From the NCBI RefSeq assembly GCF_009914755.1, contig NC_060947.1: a stretch of DNA of 64,000 nt; one strand, written 5' to 3'. Origin of the DNA: the human T2T-CHM13v2.0 reference genome, Homo sapiens. Below the pieces are notes generated by a model. The model did no database searches and was not told the DNA's origin. It saw nothing but the letters and a program-made list of their open reading frames with translations. Made by a program: the position numbers and the translations under genes. Positions within the stretch are counted from its first letter, which is position 1, and each line of letters begins with the position of its first letter. This document shows, one piece after another, positions 1-12,829 of this stretch.

Positions 1-276
1 CCCAGGCTGGAGTACAGTGATGCAATTGTGGCTCACTGCAGTCTCAACCTCCCAGGCTCAAGCAATCCTCCCACCACAGCCTCCTAAGTTGCTAGGACCA
101 TAGGTGCATGTCATCATGCCTGGCTAATTTTTTTTTTTTTTAACTTTTAAAGTTTTTTGTAGAGACGGGGTCTCGCTGTTTTGCCCAGGCTGGTCTGGAA
201 CTGCTGGCCTCAAGTGAGCCTCCCACCATGACCTCTCAAAGTGCTGGGATCAAAGGCATGAGCCAACACACCCAGC
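1..276 (-). mobile_element. AluJ-type SINE, cut by window edge
   Basis: Antisense Alu motifs (cccaggctggagtacagtg, ggctaattttt, aaagtgctgggat) with J-like divergence. Confidence 0.95.
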
Positions 277-405
277 TGAGGATATTGGTCTGTTGTTTTC
301 TTTTGTTGTTGTTTTTCTTGTAATGTCTTTATCAGGGTTTAGTATCAGGGTAATCTCGGCCTCCTAGAATGAGTTTGGAAGTGTTCCCTTCTCTTCTATA
401 CTTTG
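277..405 (-). mobile_element. Old L1M ORF2 fragment, host of the L1PB insertion
   Basis: gaatgagtttggaagtgttccc motif; continues as tttgaaagagtt at 2681 after the insertion. Confidence 0.8.
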
Positions 406-1430
406 TTTTCATTTAAAAAAATATATAATATTTTTCCATAAGTTATTGGAGTACAGGTGGTATTTGGTTACATGAGTAAGTTCTTTATTGGTGATTTGTG
501 AGATTTTGGTGCACCCATCACCCGAGCAGTATACACTGTGCTATATTTGTAGTCTTTTATCCCTCACCCCCCTCTCACACGTCCCCCCAAGTCCCCACAG
601 TCCATTGTATCCTTCTGGTGCCTTTGCTTCCTCATAGCTTAGCTCTCACATATCAGTGAGAACATACCATGTTTGGTTTTCCCTTCCTGAGTTACTTCAC
701 TTAGAATAATACTCTCCAATCTCATGCAACTAGCTGCAAATGCTGTTAATTCATTCATTTTCATGGCTGAGTGGTATTCATTTATATATACCACAGTTTC
801 TTTGTCCACTTGTTGTTTGTTTCCACAATATTGCAATTGTGAATTGTGTTGCTATAAACATGTGTGTGCAAATATCTTTTTCTTATAATGACTTCTTTTC
901 CTCTGGATAGATATCCAGTAGTGGGATTGCTGGATCAAGTGGTAGTTCTACTTTTAGTTCTTTAAGAAATCTCCACGCTGTTTTCCATAGTGGCTGTACT
1001 AGTTTACATTCCCACTGGCAGTGTAGAAGTGTTCCCTGATTGCTGCATCCACGCCAGCATCTACTGTTTTTTTGATGTTTGATTATGGACATTCTTGCAG
1101 GAGTAAGGTGGTATCACATTGTGGGTTTTATTTGCATTTCCCTGATCATTAGTGATGTTGAGCATGTTTCCATATGTTTGTTAGCCATTTGTATATCTTC
1201 TTTTGAGAATTGTGTATTCATGTCCTTAGCCCACTTTTTGGTGGGATTGTTTGGTTTTTTTCTTACTGATTTGTTTGAGTTCATTGGAGACTCTAGATAT
1301 TAGTTATTTGTCAGATGTATAGATTGTGAAGATTTTTCTCCCACTCTGTGAGTTGTATGTTTACTCTGCTGACTGTTCCTTTTGGCATGCAAAAGGTCTT
1401 TAGTTTAATTAAGTCCCAACTATTTATCTA
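406..1430 (-). mobile_element. L1PB-type 3' end (ORF2 C-terminus plus 3'UTR), non-inverted part of a twin-primed insertion
   Basis: 3'UTR gtacaggtggtatttggttacatgagtaagttcttt; ORF 883-1092 resembles the ORF2p C-terminus (RCWRGC...[16 protein letters not shown]). Confidence 0.92.
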
Positions 1431-2665
1431 TAAATCAGTCAATCATCTCCATAGATGCAGAAAAACATTCGACAAAATCCAGCATCCCTTTATGATTAAA
1501 ACTCTCAGCAAAATTGGCATACAAGGGACATACCTCAAAGTAATAAAAGCCATCTATGACAAACCCGCAGCCAACATAATCCTGAATGGGGAAAAGTTGA
1601 AAGCATTCCCTCTGAGAATTAGAACAAGACAAGGATGCCCACTCTCACCATTCCTCTTCATCATAGTACTGGAAGTCCTAGCCAGAGCAATCAGACAAGA
1701 GAAAGAAATAAAGGGCATCCAAATCGGCAAAGAGGAAGTCAAACTGTCACTGTTTGCTGATGATATGATCGTTTACCTTGAAAACCCTAAAGACTCCTTC
1801 AGAAAGCTCCTAGAACTGATAAAAGAATTCAGCAAAGTTTCCAGATGCAAGATGAATGTATACAAATCAATAGCTCTTCTATACACCAACAGCGACCAAG
1901 CAGAGAATCAAATCAAGAACTCAACTCCTTTTACAATAGCTGCAAAATAAAATAAAATAAAATAAAATAAATTACTTAGGAATATACCTAACCAAGGAGT
2001 TGAAAGACCTCTACAAGAAAAACTAAAAAACACTGCTGAAAGAAATCATAGATGACACAAACAAATGGAAACACATCCCATGCTCATGGATGGGTAGAGT
2101 CAACATTGTGAAAATGAACATACTGCCAAAAACAATCTACAAATTCAATGCAATCCCTATCAAAATACTACCATCATTCTTCACAGAATTAGAAAAAACA
2201 ATTCTAAAATTCATATGGAACCAAAGAAGAGTCTGCATAGCCAAAGCAAAACTAAGCAAAAAGAATGAACCTGGAGGCATCACACCACCTGATTTCATAC
2301 TATGCTATAAGGCCATAGTCACCAAAACAGCATGGTACTGGTGTAAAAATAGGCTCACAGACCAATGGAACAGAATAGAGAACCCAGAAATAAACCCAAA
2401 TACCTACAGCCAACTGATCTTCGAGAAAGCAAACAAAAACATAAAGTGGGGAAAGGACACCCTATTCAACAAATGGTGCTGGGATAATTGGCTAGCCACA
2501 TGTAGGAGAGTGAAACTGGATCTTCATCTCTCACCTTATACAGAAATCAACTCAAGATGGATCAAGAACTTAAATCTAAGACCTGAAACTATAAAAATTC
2601 TAGAAGGTAACATTGGAAAAACCCTTCTTAGATGTTGGCTTAGGGAAGGATTTCATGACCAAGAA
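1431..2665 (+). pseudogene. Inverted L1PB ORF2 segment (reverse transcriptase and downstream region), disrupted
   Basis: Translations contain [23 protein letters not shown] and [12 protein letters not shown]; a stop and (TAAAA)n run lie near 1950. Confidence 0.95.
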
Positions 2666-2764
2666 CCTTCTTTTCTATCCTTTGAAAGAGTTCATTTGCT
2701 AAGAGGGAGGCCAGCTTTCATGTGAGCACCCTATGGAGAAACCAGTGTATCAAAGTACTGCCAG

Positions 2765-3945
2765 AGGACTATCTTTAACATTTTTTGTAGTGCATATCTT
2801 CTGGTGCTATTTTTTTTCCAGCTTTTATATGTTTTAAGACATCTTTATTTTGCTTTCATTTTTGAAAGATATTTTCACTAGTTACAGAATTTAGATCAAT
2901 AGTTTTTTTTTCTTACTTTTTGTACTTTGAAGTTGTTGCTCCACTGTCTTTTCACTTGCACTCGTTCTGATGAGAAATCTTCTGGAATGCTTATTTTTGT
3001 TGAGCAATTTGATTATGGTATTCCTTGATATATTGTTATTTACGTTTTTTCTGCTTGGGGTTTGTTGAGCATCTGAGATCTGTGGGTTCATAGTTTTTAT
3101 CATATTTGGAAAATTTTCAGCCATTCTTTCTTCAAGTTTTTTTTCTGTCCCTCCCCTCCACTAGGGACTCTACACAAATATTAGGTTGCTTGAAATTGTC
3201 CCATAGCTCTTAATGATGCTTTTTTCACTAATGTTTTCCTCTGGTGTTTCATTTTGGATAGTTTCTATTGTGGCCTTCTGTTTGCTAATTCTTTTCCAAT
3301 ACCTAATCTTCCATTAATGCCATTAATACCACCAGCACATTTTTCATCTTAGGCTTCTTTTTTTTTTTTTTTTTTTTTCTAAAAATTTCATTTGGGTCTT
3401 TTACATACCTTTCACGTGTCAAATTTATCTGAGAGTTTGTATCACGAATTAGTATGGAGGGTAGTCTCATTAGCACTGGGTGGCGGTATCTCAGCTCCCC
3501 ACTGGGCCTTCTCTGGGTTGGGGTGCCTGATGAAGGTGGAAGTCTAGGCTTCCCATTTGACCTTTGCTCAGGTGGAGGTCCACAGTTTTTTCTGTGATGT
3601 TTGGCTGGAGTGAAGTTGTTATTGTCTAAAAGTTTCTGTCCTGTTGGGCTCTCCTTTTCCCGGATCCTTTGGCTAGAGAGCTTAAGCTTTCTTGGGACAT
3701 TTATTGTTTGTGCCTATTGGCATTTCTGGGTTGCCAGCTTCTCCGAAACCCATTCCTGGATACATAAGGCACAAATAAAAAAATAAAAAACCTGGGATCA
3801 CACACAACTATGTTATTCCTTGGTTCCTGAGGTTTATAGTTGGTCCACCTTCTGTCCACCTTTCAGAGCCTTGCTATGTTTGTTTCCTACAGAATGTGCA
3901 AGGTTGTTAGGTGCCCTTGGCAGGTGGAATAGGGAAACAACATCA
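2765..3945 (-). mobile_element. Old L1M ORF1/5' region
   Basis: ORF 2891-3124 MAENFPNMIK...QQTPSRKN resembles L1 ORF1p; L1M 5'-like sequence follows. Confidence 0.75.
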
Positions 3946-4361
3946 AAAAGGCTCAAGATCTCCAACTCTGGTCAACAAAGAATGAACATGTAGGAGTAGA
4001 TTTGCAAAGTTTAGTCTCAAAAGACATGAAATTGTGGTTTCAAAAAGTCTCCTCAGCAGTAAGTGCTTGGTGGCTTTGGAATGCAAAAACACTGGAGGTA
4101 TGGAAGAGATTTGGGCAACAGTCCCAGCCATGAGGTGATTAGGGCATAAACAAGGTTTCTGGTAGTATTAAGAACTGTCATGAAGGAATGGATGTGAAAA
4201 ATATTTGGAGAATATTGTTTGGGGAGAAAAGTTGAAAAGTAAGTTTGAGGTGAAATTTTAGAGAACCTCGAGTGCCTAGCTAAGAAGGTTTGACCTTGCA
4301 AAACTTACTAAGACCCTCCTTAGCTTTTCTTACATTATACAACTGATGCCCATTAGGAGCT

Positions 4362-5116
4362 TGTATTAGTCTGTTCAGGCTGCCATAACAAAATAGCACA
4401 GACCGTGAATATGGTTTTGCTCTGTGTCCTCATCCAAATCTCATGTTGAACTGTAATCCCCAGTGTTGAGGGAAGGACCTGGTAGAAGGTAACTCGATCA
4501 TGGGGGTGGATTTCCCCTCTGCTATTTTCATGATAGTGAGTGAGTTCTCATAAATCTGATTGTTTGAAAGTGAGTGGTACTTCCCCACTCGCTCTCTCTC
4601 ACTCTCCTGCTCTGTCATGGGAAGATGTGCCTTGCTTCCCCATAGCCTTCTGCCAAGATTGTAAGTTTCCTGAGGTCTCCCCAGCCATGTAGAACTGTGA
4701 GCCAATTAAACCTCCTTTCTTCATAAACTACCTGGTCTCAAGTAGTTCTTTATAGCAATGTGAGAACAGACTACTACAAACTGGATGGCTTAAACAACAG
4801 AAATTTGTTTTCTCACAGTTCTGGAGGCTGGAAGTTCAGGATCTGGGCCGTCAGCATGGTCAGTTTCTGGTGATGGCTTGCTTCTTGGCTTGCAGATGGC
4901 CAGCTTCATATGGTCTTTCATTTGTGTGCACACATCTCCTGGTATTTCTTCCTCTTCTTATAAGGACACCAGTCTTATTGAATTAGGCCCATACCCTTAT
5001 CACCCCTAATTTAACCTCAATTCCTTCATAAACATTTTATCTCCAATATAGTGACATTTGGGATTAAGGTTTCAACATATGAATTTTTCAGGGACACAAT
5101 CATTCAGTCCATAGCA
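4362..5116 (-). mobile_element. MLT1A/B-type MaLR solo LTR, interrupted by an MST LTR
   Basis: tgtattagtctgttcaggctgccataacaaaa start; ggcttaaacaacagaaattt resumes at ~4780; ends cattcagtccatagca. Confidence 0.88.
4406..4778 (+). mobile_element. MSTA-type MaLR solo LTR
   Basis: atatggttttgctctgtgtcctcatccaaatctcatgttgaa start; ctttatagcaatgtgagaacagactactaca end. Confidence 0.9.
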
Positions 5117-6974
5117 GAGTGATTTCTAGAAATACTGCTGAAAAGATTATGAAATGGTTTTATGGGCAAAGAATTATGTTCATGATAGATAATGATGATT
5201 ATAACCTATGTTAACATGGATTATTGCTATTCCAAAAATTTTTCTAGTTATGGAGAGGTGTGCTAAATAAAATAATCTGTGTAGAAATTTAGGGAGTAGT
5301 TTAGCATCAGTATCATCTTTCGGACTCTGAGAGAGTAAACATAATAGAATCCATTGATTGCATTCCTTACTTATATTTGTGTTTTTGAGATAAAAGAATT
5401 GTGCTTGATTAGTAATGCAGTCATTAGTGTGTTCATGACTGCAGAAATCATTGAATTATTTCCAAAGTAAAATCTTTCACTGATGTGGCTAATGCTGCAG
5501 GAATCAAATTCATTGGAAGTGGACATTATCTGATGACTGACCCCTTAATGTATTAAATAGCTTTTACTTTACATGGAGACATCTTGAGCTCTGATTTGAG
5601 CTACTATTCTATAATATCAGCTTCATTGGGAATTAGTGCCTAATTATGAGACATTTGAGGCTAATACCACATTGTCATTAGCTGGTGAATTCTTGGAGAA
5701 AGAAGACTGATGTGCATGGGTTTCTCACATGCAGCCCCCCTCAGCCTTCCATTCATCTCAGACACCTGACTTTTCCTCTAGCACTTTAAAAAGACTGTTG
5801 CCCTGACTTTCTCTCAGAATCTCTTCTACCTTACTACAATGCTCAAAATGCTGCCTCTGGATACTTCTGGGATTATACACACCTGACTGAAACCAATTCT
5901 TCTTGAGGACTCTGAACAAGTGACTTCCAAGTCATTCCCATTGGTTCTGCTCATTAAGTTGATTCTTGTTAATTTCTTGCCCCAAAAGCAACCTGAACCC
6001 AGTTTTCTCTCCTCCCACCCCAGGCCTCAGTGACAAAGACAATGTCAAGTGCTGACTACTCACCTTATAGACCAGGAGCTGGGAATCTAACTCCAGGCCC
6101 TTAGTCAGGTGGGTACTTTCTGGGTTATTTTTTACAGTTACTCTGTGAGGCTTTGAGAAGGGGAAAGCCTGAAACAAAAGAGGAGCAAGAAAATAAGGCA
6201 GCTACTGCAGCTGAGGGGGTGGAGACAAGATTAGAAGTGTAGTCAGCAGATAAATGAAGAATGGCCACAGGGATTTGGTTATTGGCTGTGTCATCACCTC
6301 TGGTAGCTCCTAAGACAATGCAGAGCCTGTAAAAAGTGTGTGAGGAATGGTTGAGATCTAATAGCAAGGGCTTAAATCTTGAGAGCTCTGGTCTTGTCTC
6401 TGTCTTTTCATTTGCTGAAGGACCTTTGACTTCACCAACCTGCTTCCTTCCCCTTCAATCCCCTCCCCAACACAGATCACACCTTCATAGTCCACTGGGG
6501 GCAGTATGTTCTGCTAGCTGGAACATCCATTTCTGAGTGCTGGAATCCCACCATCTGCTGTACCTTTGGTCCACACTCAAAGTAAGTTATATACAGAGGT
6601 CTCTGAGCCTCACTTTCTCTCTCTATATATATAAAACAGAATTGTACCACAGAAGAATCTTCTGGAGCCAAGGGTTGTCTATCAGTATAGGATGTATGCG
6701 AAAATTGACACGTGTTGGCGTACTTGAAGTTGAGTGATACATGCCCCATCAGAATTTTTGTTGTTTATTGGTTTGGGTTTTCTTTTATTTAAATTGAATG
6801 AGAAAATGGGGACATTTCTTGAGCATATTTTCATTATATGCAGGTCAACTCATGTTACATGGTTAATGAATTTTTAAAAATGAGGGATACTGCTTCCACA
6901 TAAAAAAAAAGATTGTGGAAAATAGGAGAGCGCTTGGGGACATTCAGCCACAAGGAGAAGAAAACTAGCATATT

Positions 6975-7155
6975 TTCCAGCACTTGTTCTGTGCCTGGCA
7001 CTCAAAGCATATTATTTCATTTAACCCTGTCATCAACTGTGGGAGGTAGGAGCCGCTGTTTCCCCCATTTTACACTAAGGAAACTGAAGCCTGAGATAGG
7101 TTAAATAATATGGCCAAGATCACACTGCTAGTAAGTGTCTGAGCAGGGACTAGGA
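6975..7155 (-). mobile_element. MIR SINE
   Basis: Core cccattttacactaaggaaactgaagc...ccaagatcacac. Confidence 0.85.
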
Positions 7156-8084
7156 GGTCTAGAAGATTCCAAGGTTATTACACCATGCAGCCTCCAGAAA
7201 ACCTGCTTTCTCTCTTTAACAACCTATTAATTTCTTCTGTGAACGCCCTTGCTGCTTGAGGAAGCTGTTTTGAAGTTTGAGCCCTGTTCACACCTCTGGA
7301 GCAATGAGCTGAAGTCATTGCAGGCTTAGAGCATCTGGGAAAATCTGCCAGGCCAATGGAGAAGTTCTCAGAGGCCCAGGCCATCTCAATGGGCCTGGGT
7401 TAGCAGCAATGCGACTGCCAGAGAGTGACTGAGTCTGATGGGGAGAGGTAAAGAGAAACTGAGTCAGAGCAGCTGAGAGAACTGGACTCCAAACCCCAGG
7501 GGAACTAACAAGGGTGAGAGATTTCCCAGGGTGAGTGGTAGCTAAGATGCAGGAGACCCAAAGACAGAAGTAGATAGACGAGTGGGTGAATATTCCCCTC
7601 TGCAGAACTCTCTGGTGCTAAAATGTGGGTGTGTGGGAGTGATGCAGGAAGTGAAACCCAGGTGGAGAAAATAAAGGAGACAGAGACAGAGAATACACAG
7701 GCAGAGAGAGACAGAGAGAATATATCCAGGTAGCACTTTTGCAGCCCAATCAGGGCAGTACAAATATCACAGAGCATATCAGTAGTTCCAGAAATGCCAT
7801 AGTCCTCACTCTGAGAACTACTCCATTTCAGACACATACATTAGCGTTTCCAGATTGCTCTAATCACTCAAGTAGACTCTTCCAACTTTCCTTCTACCAT
7901 TTCTAACCAAAAAGCCTGAACAGCAATGACAATAAACTTCTCAATTACAGATGCTTAGATGAAACATGAAATTTTGTCTCGCCACAAAAATGTCCTAGCT
8001 GAGCTCTTGTTTACCCAACTATCTAATTTTGCCACCTTCCAAAATAGCATCTCACAACACCTGGTGTGGAAGTATCTGCATGCT

Positions 8085-8087
<3 letters not shown>

Positions 8088-8118
<31 letters not shown>

Positions 8119-8130
8119 AGTGTGTGTGTG
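8088..8130. repeat. (TG)n microsatellite
   Basis: Seen directly. Confidence 0.97.
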
Positions 8131-9333
8131 GTAAGATGGGAGACAAGAAGAAGGGGAAGGAGGTGGAGAGATGTGATGCACATTTGTATAGCTGACATCT
8201 CCCCTTAATAATTTCCCTCCATTGTCAGCACAATGCCCTTGCAACCGGAGGAGAGCAGAAGGACATGTAATTTACTTCACGTTGTTTTTCTTTTTTGGAT
8301 CTCAGCAAGTCAGCAGGTATTCCTGGAGATGACATCAGCAGGAGACCGGATGTTGCCAAAGAAGAAAACAGGCACTGCCAAGCGCGAAAGGCAGCTAGTG
8401 CCGGTATAAGGATGCCCCCTCTCCCTCTCAAATAGCTGGTAAGACAGAGCCTGTTCCTCTCCCAAAGCTGCTTTCCACTTGGGCTTTTGCTTTTGGGGGG
8501 GCTTATGTTATGCTTTTAAAACATATCTCCAGTAATTAGTTGACAATTACTTCAGAAATGGATGATTTGGGTTTCCCCAGTTTGGGGCGAGGCCCTAACT
8601 TCCCCCAAAACCTAGGCCTTCATGAAGTACAGTGTTTCCTCACCCGCTCTTGACTTTTCAAAATGGCAGAATCTTAAACCAGGTGTTGGGTTTTCTTGGT
8701 GGTCAGATTGAACATTACTTTGTAACCGATGTTGAGAAAACTTCCTCCTACTCCTTGGAGTCAGAGACTATTATTTGCCAACTCATAAATGAACACAAAC
8801 CCTCCCCAAATTTCAAAAGCCCAGAACTCAGCAAGGTTCTCTCCTTGTCAAAATATATTCGCCTGTTCTCTCTTCAAGAGGTGTGAGAGGCTTAATGGGC
8901 ATTTTTGGGCTCTGCTCCTCCACATACAATTATCTTTAATAATAATAATGCTTGAATGGAAACATAATGCGTTAGCCTGGAACACTAGAGTGGGTGTTTA
9001 ATTGGCCCTGCCATTCTCAACACCTGAGATAAAAATAAGACTGCTTAAGAGGGCCCTTTCCAGCTGGGCACTGGGAGAAGTTGGTGTGCTGCCAACTCCT
9101 AAACAGCATTATGTGCCTATCTGTCAATCCTTAAATTAGCCCATTTTAAGCCCTTAGCTTCCTGAACTGATTCATTTCATAGAGGGCTATTCTTTTAGGC
9201 CAATTCTATTTTTTGTGGTGGCCTGACAGCTCTGAAATGTTTTTCCTTCTGAAAAAGCCTGGCACATTTTTGTTTTTCTTTGGCACAGATGTGCCCTTAA
9301 TGTAATGTTTACAGCTGGCAGGAAAACTTTAGA

Positions 9334-9760
9334 ACAGTGGTTTTCAAAGTATGGGTTCTCAAAGTAGGATTGGAGGAACCTTGGGTGTTCCTGAGATGCT
9401 TTCTTTTTCTGACTCCATGTGTGTCTGTGACTGGTTTTCTTCATAGAACACATCCCTAACAACATAGCAGCAGACTGAATGCAGAAGCCTATCTGAGAAT
9501 TCAGCTGTCCTTTGTTAAGACAGACATTAAAGAGATTTGTAAAAATGTTACACAATGCCACTCTTCTCACTGAATATTCTTTTGTTTGGGAAAATAAAGT
9601 TATTTTCCATCAAAATATTTTGGGGGTCATATGTATTGCCATGTACCATATTTGTTAAGTAATTAATTAATAAATATTTTTACAGTTCTGTTTTAATTTA
9701 TAATATGGTACATAGAAATAGATATGACTCACAAGAACAAAAACTCTTTGGAAGTCCTGT
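9334..9760 (+). mobile_element. hAT-Charlie1-family DNA transposon fragment
   Basis: cagtggttttcaaagt terminus; actgaatgcagaagc...cagacattaaagagattt...aatgccactcttctcac. Confidence 0.8.
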
Positions 9761-9991
9761 TGGGACTTCAACATGATGCTAAGGTGATACTCAGTGATAC
9801 TGAGGTACAGCCCTTCAGTAGAGAGGCAGGAGTACCTGTGTCCTTCCTTGGCTCCTGCCTCCAACTTTCTGGGCACTACAATTTTCTCTCTTCTGCTGGA
9901 TATGCCTGGAGTACAGGGACATTTAGAACAGGTATCAGAGAGACTATGAAAAGACAACATGTGCCCAACTTAAAGTAAGCATGACATTTTT

Positions 9992-10223
9992 CAGCATAGT
10001 GGCTACGAGCTCAGATTTTGGTCAAAATCCTATCTTTGCGATTTATTAGCTAATTGACTGTGAATATGTTACCTAATCTCTCTGAGACTAGTTATTTCTT
10101 TATGTATAAAATTGGGATGCCTATTTCAAAGGGTTTTTATGAGAATTAAAGGAAATGATGCAAATGCAAAGTGCCTGGCACATAGTGGGTGCTCAGCAGA
10201 TGATAGCTATTGTCATTATTATT
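9992..10223 (+). mobile_element. MIR SINE
   Basis: gttacctaatctctctgag core; gtgcctggcacatagt 3' end. Confidence 0.85.
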
Positions 10224-10371
10224 CCACATAGCATCTTAGGAGGTGACATGTAAATACCAGCAATTTGTGGTCCCCCAGAGCCCTTCCTTTAGACTCTTCT
10301 TACCAACTGCCACCCTCTACATGTGCATGCACTTGTGTATTTGCACATGCATGTACACACACAAATTTACT

Positions 10372-10625
10372 GGACAGATATTCACTGAACACCTACTATG
10401 GGACAGGCACTATTGGGAGTGAGAATAACACAGTGAGCATGGTCCCTCACCTCAAGGAGCTTTTCTGTCAAGCTGGGAGCCAGAGGCATCAACAGGCAAT
10501 TGCAGCATGGTGCTAGGACTGAGGTAAGATAGATGACTATGGGAAGCTGGGAAGGGCACCTACCCAAGCCCGGAACAGCTCTCCAAGAAAGATTTGTCAG
10601 CCATGTCAGAGAGAATCTAACTGAC
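10372..10625 (-). mobile_element. L2 3' fragment
   Basis: tcactgaacacctactatgggacaggcact...ccctcacctcaaggagc. Confidence 0.65.
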
Positions 10626-10877
10626 ATAAAATACAGGTCATAAGGATTCTCTCCCCTCAAAGAGCAGAAGACCTTCTAATTTCTCTATAAGATTACAGGC
10701 CACTGGGGGCAGAAGTGCTTCACTGTGGACATCATGTCAGGAAGAAAAATGTCCTCTGGATATACAAGTCAGCCCAGTCCATACCAGGCGTTCTTATCTG
10801 TGGTTATCCTTTGATAAACATCGTCTCCAAGCTCCCCAGGCTTTTTCCTTAAAGACTATGCATCAAGGGTAAGCAGG

Positions 10878-11963
10878 CCAATTCAAAAATAAGCAAAGGA
10901 CTTGAATCGGCATGTCTCCAAAGAAGATGTACACATGACCAGTAAGCACACGGCAAGATGCTCATCATTAGTCTTTAGGGAAATGCAAATCAAAACCACA
11001 ATGAGATACCATTACACACCCAATAGGATGGCTATAAGCAAAAACACAGAAAATAACAAGTGTTAGTGAAGATGTGAAGAAATTGGAACTCTTGTGCATT
11101 GCTGGTGGAAATGTAAAATGATGCAGCCATTGTGTAAAAAGTTTTGATGGTTTCTCAAAAGGTTAAACATGGAACTACTATGTGACCCAACATTTCCACT
11201 CCTATGTATAAAGTGGGCCCTCTGTATCTGTTGGCTCCACATCTGCAAATTCAACTAACCATGGATCACAACTATGGTATTCACAGGATGCAGAACCCTC
11301 AGATATGGAAGGCTGAATTTTCCTATCCGTGGGTTTCATGGGGCTGACAACAGAACTTGAACATCTGTGTATTTTTGTATTCATTGTGAGGCCTGGAATT
11401 AATCCTTTGCTGATACCGAGGGACAACTATATATCCAAAAGCAAGGAATAAAATACATATCTGTACCCCAATATTCATAGCAGCATTATTCACAACAGCC
11501 AAAAGGTGGAAACAACTCAAGTGTCCATCAGCAGATGAACGAGTAAACAAAATGAGATATGTATATCCATACAATGAAATATTATTCAGTCATAAAAGGA
11601 ATGACATTTTGATATATACTGCAACATGAGTGGACCTTAGAAACAATATGCAAAAGGAAATAAGCCAGATGTCAAAGGACAAATCTTGTAATTCCAGTTA
11701 TATGAGGTAGCCATATGAGAAAGTAAAATAGGGACTACCAGAAGCTGAAAGGAAGAGGAAATGAGGAGCCATTGTTTAATGGGCACAGAGCTTTTGTTGG
11801 GGATGATGAAAACATTTTGGCAAGAGATAGTGGTAGCAGCTACACAACACAGTAAATGCATTGAATGTATTCACTTAATGTATTCATTTAAATTGTAGAC
11901 TTCTGAATGGTTAACATGATAATATTATGTTACATGTACTTTTTGCCACGAATAAAAACAAAA
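10878..11963 (+). mobile_element. L1MB-type 3' end, interrupted by a MER2-like MITE
   Basis: gaaatgcaaatcaaaaccacaatgagatacc; 3'UTR ggggatgatgaaaacattttgg; degenerate TSD aagggtaagcag/aaaggtaggcag. Confidence 0.88.
11211..11429 (-). mobile_element. MER2/MER2B-type Tigger-derived MITE
   Basis: Degenerate TIRs (agtgggccctctgtatc / gataccgagggacaact) at a TA-rich site. Confidence 0.82.
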
Positions 11964-11964
11964 A

Positions 11965-12220
11965 GGTAGGCAGAGAACATGACTGTTATGAGCACAAGCT
12001 TTGAAAGCAAAGAGATCTGCATTCGAGTCTCAGCTCTGCTATTTAATAAGCTGTGTGGTTTCATCACTCTACACCTGAATTGCCCCCTCAGCAAAATGGA
12101 AAGAATAACTGCAGCTTACCTCCTAAGGTTGTTGTGGGGTTTAAAGATGATGTGTGACCAGTGCTTTGCACTGTGCCTGGCACACAGTAGAGCTCAATAG
12201 CCGTTAGCTTATATCATTAT
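11965..12220 (+). mobile_element. MIR SINE
   Basis: ttcgagtctcagctctgctattt; gtgcctggcacacagtagagctcaat. Confidence 0.8.
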
Positions 12221-12829
12221 CTGCCCACAGCCTCCAGGATGCTCCTTTCAAAATGTGAATCAGATCATGTTCCCCCAACCCCCATCCCCTCTGCTGAAGG
12301 TCCTCTACAGTTCCTCCTTGCCCTTAAAAGAGGAGGTAAGATACCTGTACTAGCAAGGAAATCCGAGCTAGAAGAGAAGGTAATTCCAATAGAGATGTGC
12401 TTCACTTCCTTATTGAAGATTCTATAGGAAGAGAGACTCCTGAGCAGCAGGCAAACCAGAAGAATAAACTGGAATCAAGGCTTAAAAATCAGGTTCGGTC
12501 TACTGTGGCCTTCAAGAACAGGGCTGCTCAATGGCTTCAAGGACAGCAGGAAATATATTCGATTAAATTTGCCTCAGCCTGATTTTCCAAGTGATCTATG
12601 AACCTGTTATGAGACAATGAGAAACCAAGGAGCTTTCTTATGTTCAGGGCTCAAAGTTACAGCTATGAGCTGTCTATGAGCTGTCTTCTGTTCAGGACTC
12701 ATTTGTTTTGCCCAAAGAATGTATTTAACTCATCTTCAATTTCTTCTTATTTGTCTCTAAAAAACAAAACAAAAAACTTTTGACTGCAAATCTGGGGATG
12801 AATAGGCAATGTTTGTGTATGCCCTGCTC

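Noticed and set aside
1348-2725. 200-aa and 211-aa ORFs with reverse-transcriptase motifs, as a novel RT or retron-like system
   Set aside because: They are L1 ORF2 pieces. The first is a chimera across the inversion junction with no ATG start, and a stop plus (TAAAA)n separates the two.
12640-12800. 11-bp tandem duplication (ctatgagctgt x2) in MER102-like sequence
   Set aside because: Ordinary slippage event; the repeat identity is too uncertain to call.
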